Assembly (NCBI GenBank): GCA_009786125.1
Contig: WQTU01000139.1
Location: 8,483 to 72,482, forward strand
Source of the DNA: Spirochaetota bacterium
GTDB lineage: Bacteria; Spirochaetota; Spirochaetia; CADAEX01
Direction of reading: 5' to 3'
DNA: 64,000 nt
Numbering within the stretch: position 1 is the stretch's first letter; each line of letters starts with the position of its first letter. Below are positions 37,486-48,634 of this stretch, in pieces. The notes below the pieces were generated by a model that was not told the origin of the DNA, ran no database searches, and saw only the letters and a program-made list of their open reading frames with translations. Both the position numbers and the translations under genes were made by a program.

Positions 37486-39405
37486 GTGGAATTTTTGCCA
37501 ATTACCATAGAAGAAGCAAAAAAACGGGGCTGGGGCGAGCTTGATTTTGTCCTGGTTACAGGCGATGCTTATGTGGATCACCCTTCGTTCGGGGCAGCTA
37601 TAATTGCCCGCGTGCTTGAAAACAAAGGATACAGCATTGGAATTATTGCCCAGCCAGAGACGGGAACAGGCAAGCCCGATGCGTTCAAGGTTTTTGGCAA
37701 GCCGAAGCTGGGTTTTCTCGTAACTTCCGGAAATATCGATTCAATGGTTGCGAAATACACCTCGTTCAAAAAAAAACGCAGCGAAGACCTTTATTCTCCC
37801 GGCGGCGCACCTGATAAGCGGCCGGAAAGAGCGCTTATCGCCTACACTTCTGCGATACGTCAGGCTTACGGCAATATCCCCGTAATTCTCGGCGGGCTTG
37901 AAGCATCTTTGCGAAGGCTCGCGCACTATGATTACTGGAGCAACTCCATTCGGCGCAGCATACTGATTGATTCAAAGGCAGATATTCTGGTTTACGGAAT
38001 GGCAGAGAAAAGCATAAAAGAGATAGCGCAACGCCTTAAACAAGGCGAAGCGATTAAAACCATTACCAATGTGCGCGGAACTGTGTGGAAAACTTCTGCT
38101 CGCCCCGAACCCGGCAGCGGCGGCAAGGCAATCGAGTTTCTGCTTTCTTTTGAAGAAGCTTCCAAAGAGAAAAAACTCTTTGCCCAAAATTTTGCCGCAG
38201 CTTACAAAAACAACGACCCCATCACAGCCTCTGTTCTTGCAGAACAGACCGGCAATCAATATGTTGTGCAAAACCAGCCCGCCTTCCCCCTTACAAGAGA
38301 AGAGCTCGACGCAGTATACAGCCTTCCATACACAAGAGAAGCCCACCCCTCTTATGACAGCAAAGGCGGAGTTCCGGCGTTACTGGAAGTAAAGTTCAGC
38401 ATCGCAAGTTCGCGCGGCTGCTTTGGAAGCTGCAGCTTTTGCGCGCTCGCTTTTCATCAGGGTAAAAGAGTAGTCAGCCGAAGCCATGATTCCATACTGA
38501 TGGAAGCCAGGCAAATTGCCAGCATGGCAGACTTTAAAGGTTATATCCACGATGTCGGCGGGCCAACAGCAAATTTCCGAAACCCTTCGTGCAAAAAGCA
38601 GCTTGAAAAAGGAAGCTGCAGCCGCAGATGCCTAACGCCATCACCCTGCAAAAATCTTGAAGTAAGCCACAAGGAATATGTTGAGCTGTTAAGAAAATTA
38701 AGAAAAGTTGAGAAGGTTAAAAAAGTATTTATACGCTCCGGAATAAGGTTTGATTATCTACTGCTCGACCCGGATGTTGCGTCCAATAAAGCAGGGAATT
38801 TTCTGGAAGAACTTTGCGAGCACCACATAAGCGGGCAGCTTAAAGTAGCGCCTGAGCATATCTCCAACAAAGTGCTTGAGCTTATGGGCAAACCAAACAG
38901 AAAAATCTACGAAGAGTTCGTGATGCGATTTAAAAAAGAGAATGCACTGCTGGGGAAAAAGCAATATCTTATTCCATATTTTCTTTCTGCGCATCCCGGA
39001 TCAACTCTGGAAGATGCAATTGAGCTTGCCCTGCATCTTAAGGAAAGCAGATATATCCCGGATCAGGTGCAGGATTTTTACCCTACTCCGGGCACTCTTT
39101 CAAGCTGCATCTATTACACAGGATTAGATCCGCTAACTTTGAAAAAAGTCCATGTTCCGCTAACCGAAGAAGAAAAGAAAATGCAGAAAGCGCTAATTCA
39201 TTATAACAGGCCGGAAAACTATAATCTTGTTCGCAAAGCTCTTGAGAAAGCAAACCGCAAAGATTTAATCGGAAACCATTCAGGCGCGCTCATACCGCAC
39301 TGGAACAAGACAAAACCCGGCGACAGCGCTCGCTCTGCGAAGTCAAGCCCCAAACCTGCCAATAGCTCCCGCGGCGCAGCCCCCCGCAAAGCAAAGTCAA
39401 AGTAA
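37486..39405 (+). CDS. ygiQ: YgiQ-family (UPF0313) radical SAM protein
   Basis: N-terminus LPITIEEAKKRGWGELDFVLVTGDAYVDHPSFGAAIIARVLE is near-canonical for YgiQ. A radical-SAM Cys cluster is present. C-terminal basic Ser/Lys/Ala-rich tail. Confidence 0.9.
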   Translation: MEFLPITIEEAKKRGWGELDFVLVTGDAYVDHPSFGAAIIARVLENKGYSIGIIAQPETGTGKPDAFKVFGKPKLGFLVTSGNIDSMVAKYTSFKKKRSEDLYSPGGAPDKRPERALIAYTSAIRQAYGNIPVILGGLEASLRRLAHYDYWSNSIRRSILIDSKADILVYGMAEKSIKEIAQRLKQGEAIKTITNVRGTVWKTSARPEPGSGGKAIEFLLSFEEASKEKKLFAQNFAAAYKNNDPITASVLAEQTGNQYVVQNQPAFPLTREELDAVYSLPYTREAHPSYDSKGGVPALLEVKFSIASSRGCFGSCSFCALAFHQGKRVVSRSHDSILMEARQIASMADFKGYIHDVGGPTANFRNPSCKKQLEKGSCSRRCLTPSPCKNLEVSHKEYVELLRKLRKVEKVKKVFIRSGIRFDYLLLDPDVASNKAGNFLEELCEHHISGQLKVAPEHISNKVLELMGKPNRKIYEEFVMRFKKENALLGKKQYLIPYFLSAHPGSTLEDAIELALHLKESRYIPDQVQDFYPTPGTLSSCIYYTGLDPLTLKKVHVPLTEEEKKMQKALIHYNRPENYNLVRKALEKANRKDLIGNHSGALIPHWNKTKPGDSARSAKSSPKPANSSRGAAPRKAKSK

Positions 39406-39421
39406 GCAATCGTTTCCTGCC

Positions 39422-40723
39422 CTACGTTAGCTCTTTTGTTTTTCCTGCGAGATACAATGGAATATTCGTAAATCTTTCGCCCCTATGATATTCATTTTTT
39501 GAGTAGAGCACTGCTTTTTTTGGCGAGTATTTGTCCAGATACTTACTGAAACTGGCTGATTGCACATTTCCGCTGCTTTTTACCTCAACAGGAATTATGT
39601 TTAAGCTCTCTTGCAGCAAAAAATCAATCTCGTTTGCAGTTGTCTCCTTTTGAGAGAAAAATTTCGGCTCAACATCAAACATATCGCGTATCTGCTGCAA
39701 AACATAGTTTTCGGTCAAAGGTCCCTTAAATTGATAATCAAATTTTATTAGTATTGCCTCGTTACTGACACCGGCTGAGTGTTTTAACAAGCCTGTATCA
39801 AACATGAATAATTTAAAGTTCCCCGGTTGCTGAAAAACATTCAACGGATGTTCATTTTTACTAACATTGCAAACTCGTATAACCATGCCTGCCGAGACAA
39901 GCCATTCGATAGCTTCTTCAAACTCTCTTGCGCGCGCTCCTTCTTTTACGCAACCGTAGATAAATTTTTCGTTTGCTTTTGCAAGCTGGGTTACTATGCT
40001 GCGAAAAACAAGAAGTATTCGTCCGCTGTTAATCTTTCCGTTGTACTTTGAAAAATCATTTTCATAAAGCGTTAAAAGCTCGCTTTGAACCTGCTTAACT
40101 TTTTCCGGGTCTTTTGTATTTACCCATGTTAAAACACATTCCGGCATACCGCCGATTATAAGATAATAGTTATACGCTTCCAGTAACTTATTGTGGAATA
40201 TTTTTTCGATTGGCGTTTCTTTGTTTATTGAATTGTAATAGCCGTAAAGCGGTTCGTCAATTGCTGCCAGAAATTCATCAAAAACAAGGGGATATACGTT
40301 GATTATATTTACTTTTCCAACCGGATAAGATTTGGGCTGGCTAAGAAGCGTGCCCAACATACTGCCCGCCGAAACAATGTGATAATCATTCGCTTTCTCG
40401 CAAAAGTATTTTAAACTGTTCAGCGCCTCGGGACATTCCTGTATCTCGTCAAAAACTATTAAATGCTTTTTAGGCTCAATTTTCTTTCCGCTCAACATGC
40501 CAAGGCGTTCAATTATGCGCAGAGGATCTTTGTTTGTCTGGAATATTGAGCCCAACGCCTCTTCTTCGTCAAAGTTAAAAACAAAGGTATAATCGTAATA
40601 AAGCTTGCCAAACTCGTGCATTACCCAGGTTTTGCCTGTTTGCCGGGCGCCTTTAAGCACAACAGGTTTCCTGTTTGGGCTGTTTTTCCAGTTTAAAAGC
40701 GTGTTTAATACATTTCTCTTCAC
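39422..40723 (-). CDS. AAA+ ATPase, COG1373/DUF4143 family
   Basis: P-loop VVLKGARQTGKTW. Length and architecture are typical of ATPase + DUF4143. Confidence 0.8.
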   Translation of the reverse strand: MKRNVLNTLLNWKNSPNRKPVVLKGARQTGKTWVMHEFGKLYYDYTFVFNFDEEEALGSIFQTNKDPLRIIERLGMLSGKKIEPKKHLIVFDEIQECPEALNSLKYFCEKANDYHIVSAGSMLGTLLSQPKSYPVGKVNIINVYPLVFDEFLAAIDEPLYGYYNSINKETPIEKIFHNKLLEAYNYYLIIGGMPECVLTWVNTKDPEKVKQVQSELLTLYENDFSKYNGKINSGRILLVFRSIVTQLAKANEKFIYGCVKEGARAREFEEAIEWLVSAGMVIRVCNVSKNEHPLNVFQQPGNFKLFMFDTGLLKHSAGVSNEAILIKFDYQFKGPLTENYVLQQIRDMFDVEPKFFSQKETTANEIDFLLQESLNIIPVEVKSSGNVQSASFSKYLDKYSPKKAVLYSKNEYHRGERFTNIPLYLAGKTKELT

Positions 40724-40809
40724 ACTGATACTTTACACAATATTTAGGCTTTTTAAAAGTACTTTTTACACAATTTTTAGCTTTTTGAGAGCAAATTTTA
40801 CACATTTTG

Positions 40810-40900
40810 TTGATAGCCTCTCGGCTTCACGTCGCAACGAAGTCGTGTTTTTCGTCTGCGTCCGCACCCAAGACTCTGGTGTCCTGCCTATAAACTGGTA
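40810..40900. repeat. GC-rich intergenic element (R3-type, GCCTCTCGGCTTCACGTCGCAACGAAGT)
   Basis: The 28-nt core is identical to 37238-37266. Confidence 0.7.
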
Positions 40901-41126
40901 ACTTTCTCCGTTTCGAACCATTATAATTTATAGAAGTAGCAGCATAATCGATACTTATAAGAACGATGATAACACCTGTAACAAAGATATAAATAGACAG
41001 AACTAGAAGCACTAAGGATTTTTTTGACATTTTAGCCAGCTTTTGCCCCCATGTTTTATGATACACATTAACAAAAAAACTATAAATTCTATATTATATT
41101 GATATAAAGTCAGGCAAACCAGCCCG

Positions 41127-41660
41127 CTACTTTCGGGTGTAAACATTCAGGGTAAAGTCTGTAAAATCTTTTTCTTCTATTATATTCCACTCTGCTAAGT
41201 TAAATTCAGGAAAGTATGTATCTCCTGCATAATCTTTTTTTATCAAAGAGATATAGAGGATTTGGGCAAAAGGCAGGGCTTGCTCATAAACAGATGCGCC
41301 GCCAATAATAAAAGGGGTGCCATCAGTTCTAAAAGAAGCCTGGATAGCATCTTCCAAGGATTTAAAGTAGTACACTTTCCCGGGCTCGTATTGTGCAGCA
41401 CTAGACTCGCTTGCCTGTCTTGTAACTACAAAATTTTTTCTTCCGGGCAGCGGTTTGCCAATAGAATCATAAGTTTTTCTGCCCATCAGTATAATATTGC
41501 CCATTGTAACTTGCTTAAAGAGCTTGAGGTCTTCCGGGATATGCCAGGGCAATTTGTTTTCGCAGCCAATTACGCGATTTTTTGTCATGGCAACAATAAT
41601 CGAAATTGGTTTTTCGATAAGCCCCGGATCTGCGTCGGGGTTACGTAAGGAGAGGGACAT
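41127..41660 (-). CDS. folA: Dihydrofolate reductase
   Basis: IIVAMTKNRVIGCENKLPWHIPEDLKLFK..MGRKTYDSIG is the DHFR signature. 1-nt overlap with thyA. Confidence 0.85.
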   Translation of the reverse strand: MSLSLRNPDADPGLIEKPISIIVAMTKNRVIGCENKLPWHIPEDLKLFKQVTMGNIILMGRKTYDSIGKPLPGRKNFVVTRQASESSAAQYEPGKVYYFKSLEDAIQASFRTDGTPFIIGGASVYEQALPFAQILYISLIKKDYAGDTYFPEFNLAEWNIIEEKDFTDFTLNVYTRK

Positions 41661-42523
41661 TAAACCGCAACCTCAAATTTTATTACTGGATGAGGGTCGT
41701 AACCTATAAGTTCAAAGTCTTCGAACGTAAGCTGGGCAAAGGGCTTGTCTGCGATTTTTACTTTGGGGAGCTCGCGGGGGGTACGCAGGAGCTGGGTTTT
41801 AAGCCCTTCGATGTGGTTTTCGTAAATATGAGCATCAACCAGCGTGTGGGCAAATTCTCCGGGAAGAAAGCCGCTTTCTTTTGCGAGCATCATTGTAAGC
41901 AGGGAGTAGCACGCAAGGTTAAAGGGGACGCCCAGGGCTATGTCTGCGGATCTTTGCGTAAGGTGGCAGCTAAGCTTATCGCCTGCAACATAAAAACAAA
42001 ATGTGTAATGGCATGGCGGAAGAAGGCTTTCCGCAGCATTTGCAGGGTGCCATGCAGAGACAACCAGGCGTCGCGCTGCTTTGGAAGCAGGATTCTGCTT
42101 TATCTCTTTAAGGGAGTCTATAATGTATGCTATTTGGTCAAAAACTTTTTCGCCTGTGTGTTCATCAGTATTAATCCATTTCTCAGACCAGGCTTCCATA
42201 TCAAGTCCTTTGGCAGGCACGGGGAATCTTCTCCAAAATCTGCCATAAGCTGTTTCAAGGCGGCCTTCGGAATCTGCCCAGGCATCCCAAATCTTTGTGT
42301 GGTCTCTCAAATTTCTGATGTGCTCTTCGCCAGAAAGGTACCAAAGAAGCTCCCTGAGCATGGAGTTAAAAAAAATTTTTTTTGTTGTTATCAGCGGATA
42401 TGATTCTGAAATATCTACCTTATAAAAGCAGGAAAAACAGCTAAGTGTTGCAACTCCGGTGCGGTTTACTTTTCTTGTGCCATTTTCAAGTACATATTTT
42501 ACTAGATCGTGATATTGTTTCAT
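41660..42523 (-). CDS. thyA: Thymidylate synthase
   Basis: MKQYHDLVKYVLENGTRKVNRTGVATLS... is ThyA. Confidence 0.9.
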   Translation of the reverse strand: MKQYHDLVKYVLENGTRKVNRTGVATLSCFSCFYKVDISESYPLITTKKIFFNSMLRELLWYLSGEEHIRNLRDHTKIWDAWADSEGRLETAYGRFWRRFPVPAKGLDMEAWSEKWINTDEHTGEKVFDQIAYIIDSLKEIKQNPASKAARRLVVSAWHPANAAESLLPPCHYTFCFYVAGDKLSCHLTQRSADIALGVPFNLACYSLLTMMLAKESGFLPGEFAHTLVDAHIYENHIEGLKTQLLRTPRELPKVKIADKPFAQLTFEDFELIGYDPHPVIKFEVAV

Positions 42524-42556
42524 TAAAAACTCCCCGCCGCTTTTGGGCGTTCTTTT

Positions 42557-43171
42557 TTATGCAGATTTAAATACCCGCAAGTGATAGCCATAAAGAACAG
42601 GAATAACTTCTCCTCTGTGTTCCCGTGTTTCTTTTAGTCTTGCCACCACAATAAGCCCGGAATTCAGCGCGATTTCCATGGGACCAGGCGCGCCTCTGCG
42701 TCTTTCGGGAAACATGGCTTGAAACTCTCTGCCGCTAAAGACAATTATGGCTCTGAAGATTAAAACATCGGAAACCCCTACCCACTCCCCGTCTATAAGC
42801 TCGATCTCAACAGTATAAGTGGCTGGCGTGTTGTCAATAACAGTAAAAGAAACAAAAGAACCATTCAGGATAAGGTATCTATTTCGGACAGGTCCCAAGT
42901 CTCCGCTTTGCACATGGGCTGTAAGCTCTCTCATGGATATTCCAAAATTAACATAATTATCAAAACCGGGCGCAGAGCCGGCAAAAAGAGCGCTGCTGCA
43001 ACATATAAAAAGTATTATACCGCAGAGCAATCCCTGTGGTATAATACTTTTTGTTAGCCTCCTCACTCGGTCATGTGCAAGCTCTGCTTGCCCGCGGTTC
43101 TCGCTACGGCGGCTAATAAAAAACAGAAAAAAAGGAGCAAAAATTCTTTTTTGCATTAAATATTCCTCCAA
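42557..43171 (-). CDS. Hypothetical secreted/lipoprotein-like protein (5-prime end uncertain)
   Basis: Signal-like segment LLCGIILFICCSSALFAGSA. The first ~40 codons of the track ORF run through an R2 repeat and a 12-bp inverted repeat and are probably not coding. Confidence 0.4.
   Translation of the reverse strand: MEEYLMQKRIFAPFFLFFISRRSENRGQAELAHDRVRRLTKSIIPQGLLCGIILFICCSSALFAGSAPGFDNYVNFGISMRELTAHVQSGDLGPVRNRYLILNGSFVSFTVIDNTPATYTVEIELIDGEWVGVSDVLIFRAIIVFSGREFQAMFPERRRGAPGPMEIALNSGLIVVARLKETREHRGEVIPVLYGYHLRVFKSA
43049..43104 (-). repeat. GC-rich interspersed repeat, R2-type (inverted copy)
   Basis: The reverse complement reads agccgccgtagcgagaaccgcgggcaagcagagcttgcacatgaccgagtgaggagg, followed by ctaacaaaaagtattatacc. 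Confidence 0.8.
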
Positions 43172-43354
43172 AGTTAAATAAAAGTATAGAAAAATATGTA
43201 TAAATATTATAAGATATTTACAAAATAAACTAGAAATAATATCATTATTTGATATAAAGCACCGATAATATCAAATAGAGATGATAGTGTTTATCAATCA
43301 TTTGACAAAACAGCAAAAAACTTATATTATTAAGATAAAAAATAAGTTTGTGTT

Positions 43355-43939
43355 TTGCAAATTATTTTTTGGATAGAAGGGAAATTTATGTCGAATAATG
43401 AAATCGTGCCTGGATTTGATGACGAAAAAGATGACAGCCTAAAAATCAGGTTACAAAAAGTTGAGTCCGATAATAAAGTCATTGTAATATATCTTACTGG
43501 TTATATTGATACATATAACTCCAACTCTTTCCAAAAAAGAATTTCCAAAGCTGTGGAAGCTGGATTTACTAAGCTGATTTTCAACTGCAATGGGCTTAAT
43601 TATGTATCAAGTACAGGTATAGGCTCTTTTACGGCGTTTCTTAAGACATTAAAGCCAAGGGGCGGAGATATTGTTCTTCTGGAAATACAACCAAAAGTTT
43701 ATGAAGTTTTTCAGCTTCTTGGATTTTCGCAGTTTTTCAATATTAAAGACTCTTTTGACGATGCTATAGACTTTTTCAACAAAGGAAATATCCAAAAAAC
43801 ATCAGATTTATTTCCTAAAATATTCAAATGCCCTATTTGCTCGAAAAAGCTTAAAGCAATTAAGGCAGGCAGATTCCGATGTTCTGAATGCAAGACAATT
43901 CTTGCTATCGATAATAATGGTCAGGTTTTTCTAGGGTAA
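43355..43939 (+). CDS. STAS-domain (anti-sigma-factor-antagonist-like) protein with C-terminal zinc ribbon
   Basis: STAS-like core (VIVIYLTGYIDTYNS...LNYVSSTGIGSF) with CPIC...CSEC at the C-terminus. The start is probably the internal Met at ~43388. Confidence 0.55.
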   Translation: MQIIFWIEGKFMSNNEIVPGFDDEKDDSLKIRLQKVESDNKVIVIYLTGYIDTYNSNSFQKRISKAVEAGFTKLIFNCNGLNYVSSTGIGSFTAFLKTLKPRGGDIVLLEIQPKVYEVFQLLGFSQFFNIKDSFDDAIDFFNKGNIQKTSDLFPKIFKCPICSKKLKAIKAGRFRCSECKTILAIDNNGQVFLG

Positions 43940-44160
43940 TATTGCTAATAATCTGTTGATTCCTATATTATTGAGACAATAGTGATTTTTAAATATTAGA
44001 ATACCCAAGCTGTCGCATTGCTCTCATAATTACTTATAATTATTTTGACTTCACACTATTTTCTCCAAAAATTTACAAGCCTGCTTTTTGCAATGATAGC
44101 TTGTGGGTATCTGAAATAGTTATTGCAAGTCATACAGCAGCATGGTAAAATTCTGCTTGA

Positions 44161-45078
44161 ATGACTTCCCAAAAAATGTCTATTATAAAAAGTGCTTTAT
44201 ATTTTCTATTTTTCATTGTCATAGCTTTTTTTATTACTTTTGCCAAAAATTTCATGCCCAATGATGCTGAAAAAGGAATTAATTTAATCATTTTTCTAAA
44301 AAACAATCTCTCATTGATTATCCTGCTCTGCGCAATTTTTTGCATTCCTGCTTTTTGGAAGAACAAAAGAACAAACAGTGTATTAAAATACTTTGCAATA
44401 GCCTTGTTGTTGTCATTATTGCTTTCAGGTGCAGCTATTTTTTTTCCTTTTAAAAGCCAGGCTGTCTCTTTTGAGGTGGAGTCCGGGCGTTTTTATACAT
44501 CAGGCAGAAACATTATTTTTGCTGATAAAGTCCAAGACAACCAATTGTCAGGGGTTATAGTAAGCAAAAGAGATTTTCCAGGAAGCCGGATCGGAACTTT
44601 TTCCGGCATCTATTCTGTTTCAGACGATAAACTGTTAAGAATTCAGGGAATTGATGACAGATTTATTGTTGGAGAACCGGGCTTTCCCGGCAAATTCTTT
44701 GGCTTTCTTATAAAACACTCTTCTTTTATGGCTGAAAGCGTGGGGAAATCCGGCAACTCCGATTTATTGACAACATTTATAAAGGCTTTTGCGATAATAG
44801 CAACTATCTCCTCCATATCTTTTTTTCTCTCAACAGGAAAATGGCCTTTAATTAATTATTTTTTTTCCCAATCGTTGATTTTCTGTTTTCTTTGGTTTAA
44901 TTATTTTATTCAAAAGACTCCTTTTCCAGGCTTTTTGCAGCCAATAAAAAATTTAATTTTTTTTGACCCTGGTTCATATTATTTTGCATATATTGTAATT
45001 TCTTTTTCTGTTCTATTAATAAAAATATTATTGCTCATGAAGCCCGGTCCCGGCGCAAAACAGAAGGCTCGCACATGA
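44161..45078 (+). CDS. Hypothetical polytopic membrane protein
   Basis: Multiple hydrophobic helices. ATGA overlap with the next gene. Confidence 0.45.
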   Translation: MTSQKMSIIKSALYFLFFIVIAFFITFAKNFMPNDAEKGINLIIFLKNNLSLIILLCAIFCIPAFWKNKRTNSVLKYFAIALLLSLLLSGAAIFFPFKSQAVSFEVESGRFYTSGRNIIFADKVQDNQLSGVIVSKRDFPGSRIGTFSGIYSVSDDKLLRIQGIDDRFIVGEPGFPGKFFGFLIKHSSFMAESVGKSGNSDLLTTFIKAFAIIATISSISFFLSTGKWPLINYFFSQSLIFCFLWFNYFIQKTPFPGFLQPIKNLIFFDPGSYYFAYIVISFSVLLIKILLLMKPGPGAKQKART

Positions 45079-46766
45079 AGCTAGCAACCAGCAGAAATAT
45101 AAAATATCTTCTTCTTACTCATCTTGCTTTTCTGGTTCTTATAGCGCTTTATGCCTTTTTTCTGCTTCCAAGACCTGCTGTCGAAATACTAATTCCCCCT
45201 TTTCTTTTAATATCATCTCTTTTGATTTTTTCATCTCTTTTTTTGCCAATTTCCGCAGGCGCTATCTTTATTCTTATTGTATTGGCAGAAAAAAATAAAT
45301 ACGCTGGCGAAGAAGAAGACGGGGCGGCGCGGCTTATTTCATTTCTCCCTGCCCTAGTTCCAACACTGCTAGTTTACATTTTTCTCGTTTTTTTTGGGGA
45401 ACCCAGATTGATTGAGAGAAAGAAGTGGTTTGAAGAACTTTCCAATTCCGGGGTGTTTTATTTTCAGCAGGCAGAAAAAAATCTGGCAGCCGGAAATGTG
45501 GAAAAAGCATTAATTTTTATAGACCTATATTTACATATTGATAGAAACAATACGCGAGCTATTGATCTTAGAAATGAAATAAGAATTGCCTGGCCGATTG
45601 TTTTTCCGGATGAAATCATCGAGGACAGAATGCAAGCTATCCCGGGCGACGATAGAACAGGTCAACGGCTTCTTGAAATGGCAGAGGAGTTTTATACGCG
45701 GGGGAAATATTCGTCTGCTGCTTTTTATGCGCAAATGGCGGGCGGGTTTAGAAACACCAGGGTCAGGGCTGGTCAGCTTCTGGAAAGAGCGGCAGAAAAC
45801 CTCTTGGTTTTTGCTCCTGCCAGAATAGCAGAACAGAGGCTCTTTAGCGGGAAAATTGATCTTGCAAGCCGCATTGAATCGAGGGATCTTTACGGGGCAT
45901 ATTACCTTTTTCATACACTTTCCGATGAGTTTCCGCTTGATCGGGAACTGGCAGGTCTGGGAGAGAAGCTTTTTTTATTACTTTCGGAAAATGCTTTTTT
46001 TTATGAGGATGTGCAAAGGATATATTTTGCACCGGGAAAACATGATATTGCTTTTATAAACAATGCAGATAACGGGAAAGAACTTGTTTTTGCCAGAAAA
46101 ATTGTTTTTACAGGCAATAATGTCTATCTTTTTGATATTAACATAATAAATCTTAATTCATCAGGCGAAATAGAAAGACATATTAAATCGCAGTATGGCA
46201 AAGTTATGAGAAATACGCTTTACATGCTGTGCGTAGGAAGGGAAAGAAGATTATTTCTATATCCAGAGATTATTACAGGAAACAGGAATGAAAGGGTTTC
46301 ATCTATTGACCTCAATATTCCTCAAGAAGCTTTTATGTATCTTGGAATAGAGGGAAACAGGTTTTCAAAAATGAGAACTTCTTTTTTGATACAGAACCTT
46401 GAGCTGCTTTCAAAAATAGGTGCAGGAAAGTATGCTCCTGCTGAGGCTCTTTTTATAAGATTTATACGGTCTTTTAACTATATTTTTGTCTTGCTATTGG
46501 TTATAACAGCGGGAATATCTTTTTTAAAGAGAAGAACAAACAAAACTTATCTGGCGCTTTTAATGCTTCCGGCTGTAGTATTTGCAATTTATTTTCTTGA
46601 AAAATGCATTATATATCTTAAAAGCGAAATATTGCTGATTTTTATGAGGCAAATAGGAATGCTTGGGGCTGCTTTGTGCCTGATTACGATAATAATAATA
46701 GAGCTTGCAGCAGCAATTTTTTATACAGTATATAAAGCTTCTTCTATTGAGAGTTATAAAGAGTAG
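45075..46766 (+). CDS. Hypothetical membrane protein with a central TPR-like soluble region
   Basis: N- and C-terminal TM clusters. Coupled to the upstream gene. Confidence 0.45.
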   Translation: MKLATSRNIKYLLLTHLAFLVLIALYAFFLLPRPAVEILIPPFLLISSLLIFSSLFLPISAGAIFILIVLAEKNKYAGEEEDGAARLISFLPALVPTLLVYIFLVFFGEPRLIERKKWFEELSNSGVFYFQQAEKNLAAGNVEKALIFIDLYLHIDRNNTRAIDLRNEIRIAWPIVFPDEIIEDRMQAIPGDDRTGQRLLEMAEEFYTRGKYSSAAFYAQMAGGFRNTRVRAGQLLERAAENLLVFAPARIAEQRLFSGKIDLASRIESRDLYGAYYLFHTLSDEFPLDRELAGLGEKLFLLLSENAFFYEDVQRIYFAPGKHDIAFINNADNGKELVFARKIVFTGNNVYLFDINIINLNSSGEIERHIKSQYGKVMRNTLYMLCVGRERRLFLYPEIITGNRNERVSSIDLNIPQEAFMYLGIEGNRFSKMRTSFLIQNLELLSKIGAGKYAPAEALFIRFIRSFNYIFVLLLVITAGISFLKRRTNKTYLALLMLPAVVFAIYFLEKCIIYLKSEILLIFMRQIGMLGAALCLITIIIIELAAAIFYTVYKASSIESYKE

Positions 46767-46796
46767 CCGGATTTTTTTAGGCTTCAAGATGCCTAC

Positions 46797-47081
46797 TTGC
46801 CTTATATGGACTCTGGAGGCATAATTATATTTATGGGTAACATTTGGATAATAAATGGTATTACCCAACGGTTAAGCTCCACCTGGACAAACGCTTTTTC
46901 TGTTTTTGTATCTGGCAATGATGTTTTTATAATGGGCAGAGAAGCAGGAACTCCAGTTTTCCGGAGAAATGGCACAGTTCAGCGTTTAAGCACTCCTGCT
47001 AGTGCGAATGTTTTTCATTTTTATGTATCCCCGGCAGGCGATGTTTTTATGGTAGGATCTGAAACGATTTATTGCTGGTAG
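46797..47081 (+). CDS. Hypothetical small protein with internal ~22-aa repeats (beta-propeller-blade-like)
   Basis: GNDVFIMGREAGTPVFRRNGTVQRLS / AGDVFMVGSETIY repeats. Possibly a fragment. Confidence 0.25.
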   Translation: MPYMDSGGIIIFMGNIWIINGITQRLSSTWTNAFSVFVSGNDVFIMGREAGTPVFRRNGTVQRLSTPASANVFHFYVSPAGDVFMVGSETIYCW

Positions 47082-47201
47082 TTTTGAAATTACTTTTGAT
47101 AATAATTGTTATAAAATATATTTGCAAACATTATTGACGCAGCGTACGCTACATAGCAAACGATATACACTGCGTCGCCGAACAGGCGGCACCTAGAACA
47201 T

Positions 47202-48488
47202 TTACGCGATATCTGAGTCTTTTTTTTCTATTCTTGCGCCCAGTTTTTTAAGCCGCGAAACAAGGTTTTCATAGCCGCGCTCAACCTGGAAAACATTTCG
47301 TATTTCGCTTCTTCCTTCTGCGCACAGAGCTGCAATAACCATTGCCATGCCTGCTCTTATGTCCGGCGAAACAAGCTGACTGCCTTTAAGCCTTGCAGGC
47401 CCGCTGACAACTGCTCTGTGCGGGTCACACAAAATAATTTTCGCGCCCATTCCTATAAGCTTGTCTACAAAAAACATTCTTGATTCATACATTTTTTCAT
47501 GTATAAGAACTGTTCCCTCAACCTGAGTCGCTACTACAACCATAATGCTTGTGAGATCCGGCGGGAAACCCGGCCAGGGAGCGTCATCAATCCTGGGAAT
47601 ATGCCCGCCAAAGTCAGAAACAACCTGAAGCCTCTGCCCGGAGTTTATTTTTATTACAGAGCCATCTGTCTCCCAGTGTATCCCAAGCTTTGCATAAGCA
47701 ATTTTAACCATTCTAAGGTCCGAAGGTATTGCGTCTTCAATTTCTAGTTCGCCGCGCGTAACTGCTGCAAGACCTATAAACGAACCTACTTCTATAAAAT
47801 CAGAGCCGATTCTAAATTTTGTACCTGAAAGTTTTTTTACGCCATCTATAAAAAGTATGTTTGAGCCTATTCCCGTAATTTTTGCTCCCATTGAGACGAG
47901 CATTCTGCACAAATCCTGAACATGAGGTTCGGATGCAGCATTTTGTATAATTGTTTTGCCTTCTGCAAGAACAGATGCCATTATTGCATTCTCGGTTGCT
48001 GTAACAGAAGCTTCATCGAGAAAAAGATCTGCGCCAACCAGTTTGTTGGTAGTAAGCTTAAAAAACCCGTCGATCTCTATTCTTGCTCCAAGTTCTTCGA
48101 AAGCCAGAAAATGGGTATCGAGCCTGCGCCTTCCGATTACATCGCCTCCAGGAGGCGGGAATACAGCTTTCCCTGTTCTTGCAAGCAGGGGGCCGGCAAA
48201 CAAAATCGATGCACGTATGGACTTTGCTTCTTCCTGAGGAAGTTCGGATTTTATATCATCGCTTTTTATTGAGTATTCGTTTGATTTAATTTTTGTAACA
48301 GTTGCGCCAAGCTTGGTCGCTATAGAAAGCATGACAGACACATCTTCTATTTCAGGAACATTTTCAAGAATTACTTCGCCGTCCGCAAGAAGCGCTGCGG
48401 CAATACAGGGAAGAGCAGCGTTTTTATTACCACTTGCTTTTATTTTTCCTTTTATGGGGAAAGAGCCATCAATAAAATATTTGCACAT
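47202..48488 (-). CDS. murA: UDP-N-acetylglucosamine 1-carboxyvinyltransferase
   Basis: N-terminus [31 protein letters not shown].. is characteristic of MurA (EPSP-synthase fold). 428 aa. Confidence 0.85.
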   Translation of the reverse strand: MCKYFIDGSFPIKGKIKASGNKNAALPCIAAALLADGEVILENVPEIEDVSVMLSIATKLGATVTKIKSNEYSIKSDDIKSELPQEEAKSIRASILFAGPLLARTGKAVFPPPGGDVIGRRRLDTHFLAFEELGARIEIDGFFKLTTNKLVGADLFLDEASVTATENAIMASVLAEGKTIIQNAASEPHVQDLCRMLVSMGAKITGIGSNILFIDGVKKLSGTKFRIGSDFIEVGSFIGLAAVTRGELEIEDAIPSDLRMVKIAYAKLGIHWETDGSVIKINSGQRLQVVSDFGGHIPRIDDAPWPGFPPDLTSIMVVVATQVEGTVLIHEKMYESRMFFVDKLIGMGAKIILCDPHRAVVSGPARLKGSQLVSPDIRAGMAMVIAALCAEGRSEIRNVFQVERGYENLVSRLKKLGARIEKKDSDIA

Positions 48489-48634
48489 ATTGGGACTTTA
48501 TATTTTTTAGAATTTATTGTCAACAATGATTTTTTTTATACTGATAATTCCACTACTCCGCCTTGCGGGGTTACTACATTTTCCTGCACCCAATTGCGCC
48601 AGCGAAAAGGGTTTTGGGTTAGTACCTATCAGCT

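Noticed and set aside
43001-43045. 12-bp perfect inverted repeat aagtattatacc-N16-ggtataatactt followed by T5 as a rho-independent terminator
   Set aside because: The stem is entirely A/T-rich with a 16-nt loop. No plus-strand gene ends upstream. It is more likely part of the R2 repeat tail (GGTATAATAC motif).
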